NCBI GenBank assembly: GCA_973895155.1 | Contig: OZ316891.1 | Span: forward strand, 25,171,899 to 25,235,898 | Origin: Marsupella aquatica | Taxonomy: Eukaryota; Plantae; Marchantiophyta | Length of the DNA: 64,000 bases | Direction of reading: 5' to 3' | Shown: positions 59,142 to 64,000 of the stretch, one piece after another | How the letters are laid out: each line of letters opens with the position of its first letter | Position numbering within the stretch: the first letter of the stretch is position 1 | The notes under the pieces: generated by a model | What the model saw: the letters and a program-made list of their open reading frames with translations, nothing else | Databases searched by the model: none | What the model was told of the DNA's origin: nothing | Program-made: the position numbers and the translations under genes

Positions 59142-62135
59142 ATGACTGACCTTACGCCGAGGGAAGAAAGAGTGATTCAACAGGAGAGAGCTCGACTGCA
59201 GCAGCTCGCCGGGTGGCATGATACACAGCGACTGAGAGGGGCAGAAAGAGTTGGTAGCTCCGAAACTGGAAGTGGCGTCGAAGAAGACATACCAGAAGAA
59301 GAGTCGGTAAGGAGAAGTGAGTCTCCAACCGACATGGGGGAACCAGAGGCACGGCCAGACGAGAGGCCAGGGACCAGATTGAGCCAGCGGTCGCGCATAC
59401 ATTACAAGGCATTTCATGGGAGAGGAGATGAGGATCCGGACGAATGGTTGGATGATTTCGAGGGAACCGCTGCAGCAAATGGAGAATCGGCCATCAAGAT
59501 GCAGATTCTTCCCGGCCTGTTCAAGGGTGAGGCTAGGCCTTGGTACAGAGCATTAGATGTGGAAGATCAAGCCATCTGGGATATCTTCAAAACACTCTTT
59601 GTTAAGGAGTTTCGACCCATTGGAACTTCAGAACTAGCAGTGCTGAAGTTGGGACAACTTCGGTTCAAGGAGAACAAATCCTTCAGGAAGTTCTTGCAAC
59701 GCTTTCAGAAACTGGTAAGACGTACAAAGACCAATGCATCTGAAGGTATGCAACTTCAATGGTTGGTGAATGCTTTGCCACAGAAGATGAGTTTTGCAAT
59801 TAGGAAGGAGAACCCGGAGACTTTAGCCGAAGCAATTAAGGATATTCAATTATACATTAATGCAGATATCACAAGCCGGAAGAAACAGCTTAAGTCTGAG
59901 AGTTCCTCATCAGAGGAGGGATCACCCCATAAGAAAAAAGATAAGAAGAAGAAACATTCCAAGAAGTCTAGAAGTGATAAGTCAAGCTCGGATAGTGGGA
60001 GTAGCAAGAGTGAGTCATCTTCTAGTTCTGAAGAAGAAAAAACTAGGAAAAGGAAGGGCAGAAGGAGAGGGAAGACGAAAGTCAAGATGGAGGCTAAGCC
60101 ACCAGATAACATCGTAGCCCTTACCGAGCAACTTAAGGCTATCATTGCAGAGGTAAAACCAAAGAAGAAGGTAGTACAGGAGGATAGCTCTGTATGGTGT
60201 GCCTTATGTTATAAAACCGGACACCATAAAGATGCGTGTCCTAAGCTTAATACTAATCATGTTTGGCATGTGGCCGAGATCAGACCATGTCAGGGAGAAG
60301 TAGAGTACTTTTTGGGAGATGCCGCTGATAGTGTTTTCGGCATCAGTGAGACTGGAGCACGAGACCTATCCAACAGACCTGCATCTCTGTGGTCAGGGTT
60401 AAGGAACAATCCAGGAGAGATGTATCCTCGGATTATTCAGAACCCGTCAGTACCTCCTAGGCCGAATGTGCAAAGATTTGCGGCGTGCTATAATTGTGGT
60501 CAACCTGGCCATTTTGCTAGAGAATGCCCGAATGCACGCAAACAGGGTGATGGACAACCAGCTCAGCTATGTATGGGATGCCGACAGGAAGGTCATATGC
60601 TAGGTCAATGTCCTACTTGGTTGGCAGGCCTGGCCGCAAATCATAAGCTTTTGCCGATCAAGATCTTACCGCCAGGTACTACCCCCGGAGGAGTTCAAAT
60701 CAACCACATCGAACTAGGATGGCAAGAGGATGCCGAGGCAGAGTTCGTACCATCTGATGATGAGGCTGAAGCCCTATCAACCTTCTCAGAGGAGGATTTA
60801 GATCATGATTGCTACCGGGTCTCTACTCGATCTACCAGAAGGAAGGAAAGGTGGGATGGGCTGGCCAAAAATAAAGGGAAGGTTACGGAGGAAAGGATCG
60901 ACTCTTCGTCAACATCAACAGAAGGAGAAGGGAGGGCTCCGGCAATACAGGTAAGCCATGAGCCCACCAGTGAAACCAATCCTTCACAAGATAGCGACTT
61001 CAATCGAGATCATCCTAAGTTGTTCTACCCCTCTGTTACGGCTAGTGTTAAGGAACAACTAAGAGAATTAGAAACCCTGGAGAATACCAAAGCCATTGCC
61101 AAGGATGTAAAACGAGCAAAAGCATTGTTTGCTTCGGAAGACCCAACAGCTGTGGAGACTAGCGTGGCAAAACTGGCCGAATCCAAGACGGAAACACCAC
61201 CAGAAGAGAAGCCGATTGTTCCCTATGACCTGGCTAAAGATGTACTAGAATCTAGAGTCTCGGCAACAGTAGGTCAACTATTGAAAAATAGCCCGTACTT
61301 CCGGAAGCAATTAAGGAAGGCTATTCTCGGCAAGCCGAGATTACCCAAGGTAGCAACCAGATCCGACGTACTAATGATAGAAGAAGATCAAGGAGCCCCA
61401 GCATTACCATTAATGATTCAAGGAGAATTATTACTACGGGTACCCATCGATGGAGGATCAGGGGTATGTATTATGATTGATTCAACAGCAAAAGGGTGGG
61501 GTCTAACACCGGAGATGACTGGAAGAGTGTTGAACATGGCCAATGGATATCAGGTCATTCCGACGGGAGTGTTAACCGGCATCAAGACAGAGATAGGAGG
61601 TATCTTCTTTAGCATTAACTATGTAGTAATGAAGCCGGTAAATCCTACGTCATTCCGGCTATTGATTGGTAGGCCATGGCTGTACCTAGCCGAGGTAATA
61701 GAAGATTGGGATAAAAAGCAGTTCACTTTCGGGACCCCCTCTATCACGGTATCCTGGGACACTAAGGATGACCGTAGGAAAAGCATAAGGGAAGTAGATG
61801 GGTACGATAGTGGACTGGAGTCAGCCGATGAAGTACGTTGGTTAGAATGCCTCACTAACCTAACCGAAGAAGGTGTCTTTGGACCAGAGGTACCCCCCAG
61901 CGGATTATGGCAAGAACCAATGGAAGGTGACTTGGAAGAAGAAGACGAAGAGGTCGAGGACTGCTTTACAATAGAATCCACCTTTTTAGCTGCAATTCCG
62001 GAGGAAGTAAAGGATGTATACCAATTGGATGAAACGGCTAAGTGGGGAGCAGTAGCAGGGACAGTGGATTTTCTGCAGGCGTTGTGGCAGAGCCGACGGG
62101 GTCCACAACGCCATCGATCATCGGCAAGGAATTAA
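59142..62135 (+). CDS. gag: gag-protease polyprotein (997 aa), intact
   Basis: Three CCHC knuckles and IDGGSG protease; near-identical to 29393..32386. Confidence 0.93.
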   Translation: MTDLTPREERVIQQERARLQQLAGWHDTQRLRGAERVGSSETGSGVEEDIPEEESVRRSESPTDMGEPEARPDERPGTRLSQRSRIHYKAFHGRGDEDPDEWLDDFEGTAAANGESAIKMQILPGLFKGEARPWYRALDVEDQAIWDIFKTLFVKEFRPIGTSELAVLKLGQLRFKENKSFRKFLQRFQKLVRRTKTNASEGMQLQWLVNALPQKMSFAIRKENPETLAEAIKDIQLYINADITSRKKQLKSESSSSEEGSPHKKKDKKKKHSKKSRSDKSSSDSGSSKSESSSSSEEEKTRKRKGRRRGKTKVKMEAKPPDNIVALTEQLKAIIAEVKPKKKVVQEDSSVWCALCYKTGHHKDACPKLNTNHVWHVAEIRPCQGEVEYFLGDAADSVFGISETGARDLSNRPASLWSGLRNNPGEMYPRIIQNPSVPPRPNVQRFAACYNCGQPGHFARECPNARKQGDGQPAQLCMGCRQEGHMLGQCPTWLAGLAANHKLLPIKILPPGTTPGGVQINHIELGWQEDAEAEFVPSDDEAEALSTFSEEDLDHDCYRVSTRSTRRKERWDGLAKNKGKVTEERIDSSSTSTEGEGRAPAIQVSHEPTSETNPSQDSDFNRDHPKLFYPSVTASVKEQLRELETLENTKAIAKDVKRAKALFASEDPTAVETSVAKLAESKTETPPEEKPIVPYDLAKDVLESRVSATVGQLLKNSPYFRKQLRKAILGKPRLPKVATRSDVLMIEEDQGAPALPLMIQGELLLRVPIDGGSGVCIMIDSTAKGWGLTPEMTGRVLNMANGYQVIPTGVLTGIKTEIGGIFFSINYVVMKPVNPTSFRLLIGRPWLYLAEVIEDWDKKQFTFGTPSITVSWDTKDDRRKSIREVDGYDSGLESADEVRWLECLTNLTEEGVFGPEVPPSGLWQEPMEGDLEEEDEEVEDCFTIESTFLAAIPEEVKDVYQLDETAKWGAVAGTVDFLQALWQSRRGPQRHRSSARN
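62066..62125 (+). promoter_or_regulatory. -1 frameshift signal (G_GAU_UUU plus stem/pseudoknot)
   Basis: GGATTTT at 62066-62072; stem GGCGTTGTGG 62078-62087 / CCACAACGCC 62103-62112. Loop GCCGA 62092-62096 can pair with TCGGC 62121-62125. Confidence 0.82.
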
Positions 62136-64000
62136 ATACCAAGGGATCGGCATACAAGCCGATTACGAGGGCAGAACAAATTGAGGCCCTATTAGAAGCC
62201 GAGAGAGCACAGCGGCCTAACTCTCAGGAGCAAGAGGTGGATGAGATGGACAGACACGATCTAGAGCCAAGGCAGGAAGGGGAGCCGACCACTAATTCAA
62301 AACCGAATAGACCGGTAGGGGGACAATCTATGGACACCAAGGAAGGGACCAACTCGGCTAGTCCAGCCGAGATCCCAGTTTATGGAGGTATGAGATTAGA
62401 GAGACTGGAAGCCGAACTGGACCCGAATTTGAAGAAGCAGATTAATATGATCCAAGCACGGCAATATCGGAAGCTCGACTTAGGAGAGGGAAGAGAACTG
62501 AACTTAGGGAGAAACCTAGCACCTGAGCTCGAGAAAGAGATCAGTGACTTATTGATTGAATTTTAGGATGTGTTTGCATGGAGTCACCAAGATCTAAAGG
62601 GAGTAGATCCAACACTAGGGGAACATCGAATTGATCTCATGTTAGGAGCCAAATCATTTCGACAACCAATTCGAAGGATGAACCCGAAGTATTCCCTGCT
62701 GGTCAAAACAGAAATCGACAAACTAGTGGAAGCTGGATTCATCACTCCAGTCCTGCATTCAGACTGGGTGTCTCCAATTGTGATAGTTCCCAAGAAAGCT
62801 GGACCCGATGGTAAACCCAAGATCCGGGTTTGTCAGGATTACAGGAAGCTGAATGAAGCAACATTAAAAGACCATTTTCCTTTACCGTTTACTGATATGG
62901 TACTAGACATGGTAGCCAGTCATGAACTATATTCATTCATGGATGGATACTCTGGTTATAACCAAATCAGGATTCGGCAGGAAGACCAAATCAAGACGGC
63001 CTTCATCACGGAATGGGGGATCTATGTCTTCAATCGTATGCCGTTTGGACTCTGCAACGCACCAGCTATGTTCCAACGATTAATGGTGAACATTTTTCAT
63101 GATTACTTGAGAAAGTTCATGGAAATCTTCATTGATGACTTTGCAGTATTCGGGAAGGCATCGAAACATGCTAAATACCTCAGGAAAACCTTCATGAGAT
63201 GTAGAGAGGTGGGTCTCAAGTTACACCCAGATAAATGTTTTTTTGCAGTAACCGAGGGGGTGCTACTAGGTCACAAGGTATCAAGGAAGGGCATTGAGAT
63301 TGACAAAGGTAAGCTAGCAGTATGGCTAGATATCATGCAACCTAAGAACATAAAGGATGTAAGATCCTTCTTGGGATGCATTGGTTACTATCGCCGGTTC
63401 ATCAAGGATTTTGCCAAGCTGGCTTTACCATTAACCAATATGCTCAAGGCAGGAGCAGACTTCGAACCCACACCCGAACGAGTCACAGCGGTGGTAGAAT
63501 TGAAGCAGATGTTAGTAGAGGCCCCAGTCATGATAGCACCGGACTGGAACAAAGATTTTCATGTTTTTGTAGATGTCTCAGGCTTCTGTATTGGCTCAGT
63601 ACTAAGTCAGTTGGATGAGAAAGGAAGGGACCATCCCATATACTTCGCAAGCCGTCAGCTTGCCGATGCCGAACGGAACTACTCTACCACGGAAAGAGAA
63701 GCATTAGGAGTCATTTATTCTTGTAAAAAGTTTAGGCATTATTTACTAGGGTACAAGGTAATCTTTCATACTGATCATGAAAGTTTGAAGTACCTAGTCA
63801 ATAAGCCGGACCTTACAGGCAGAGTAGCAAGATGGATTTTGCTATTACAGGAGTTTGACTATGAGCTGAGGATCAAGCCGGGAAAGTTACATGCCAATGC
63901 CGACTTCTTTTCAAGGATCACAGGTAAACCTGCCACGGATTGCATCGATGATCGATTCCCCGACGAGGAGCTATTCGTTGTGGAAATAGCTGGTACATGG
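62066..64000 (+). pseudogene. pol: pol (RT-RNase H) with a premature stop; runs off the window
   Basis: TAG at 62564 where the other copy has CAG. The downstream sequence is colinear with 27530-28960. Confidence 0.9.

Larger units (their letters stand above)
54398..64000 (+). mobile_element. Family-A Ty3/gypsy element, truncated by the window end
   Basis: 5' LTR 54398-59072, PBS, gag-PR and pol running to the window edge. Predicted TSD GATGG (54393-54397). Confidence 0.95.

Overview
A eukaryotic, TE-only window, most likely from a non-seed land plant (inferred from spliceosomal introns, TTTAGGG-type telo-box motifs, CG/CHG-type C>T decay and a plant tRNA-Asn PBS). No host gene is recognisable. 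The backbone is one large, decayed Mutator-like DNA transposon. It carries a minus-strand GCM/DDE transposase gene that can be re-joined in frame across three LTR insertions (~37.3 kb down to ~0.96 kb). It also carries a divergent plus-strand multi-exon gene (~42.6-48.55 kb) encoding a ParB-like domain, a degenerate beta-class amino-DNA-methyltransferase-like region and a Ulp1/C48 protease. Almost all of its non-coding parts (3' flank, 169-bp and 401-bp arrays, most introns) are loaded with one spaced palindrome, TCTCGG-N9-CCGAGA. Nested in it is a non-chromoviral Ty3/gypsy family (A) whose ~4.65-kb LTRs each contain a ~1215-codon ORF. Family A is present as two solo LTRs (TSDs GAGTC and GGGTC), one full-length element (21443-37105, TSD ATCAT), one element cut by the window end (from 54398) and an older diverged LTR. 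Family A has a tRNA-Asn PBS and a G_GAU_UUU plus stem/pseudoknot -1 frameshift signal between gag-protease and RT. A second solo LTR family (B, 1606-13483, TSD CTTGG) encodes a distant homologue of the same LTR-borne protein. A third solo LTR (4-bp TSD) and an AT-rich insertion complete the nest. All domain calls are by eye and need HMM or structure confirmation.
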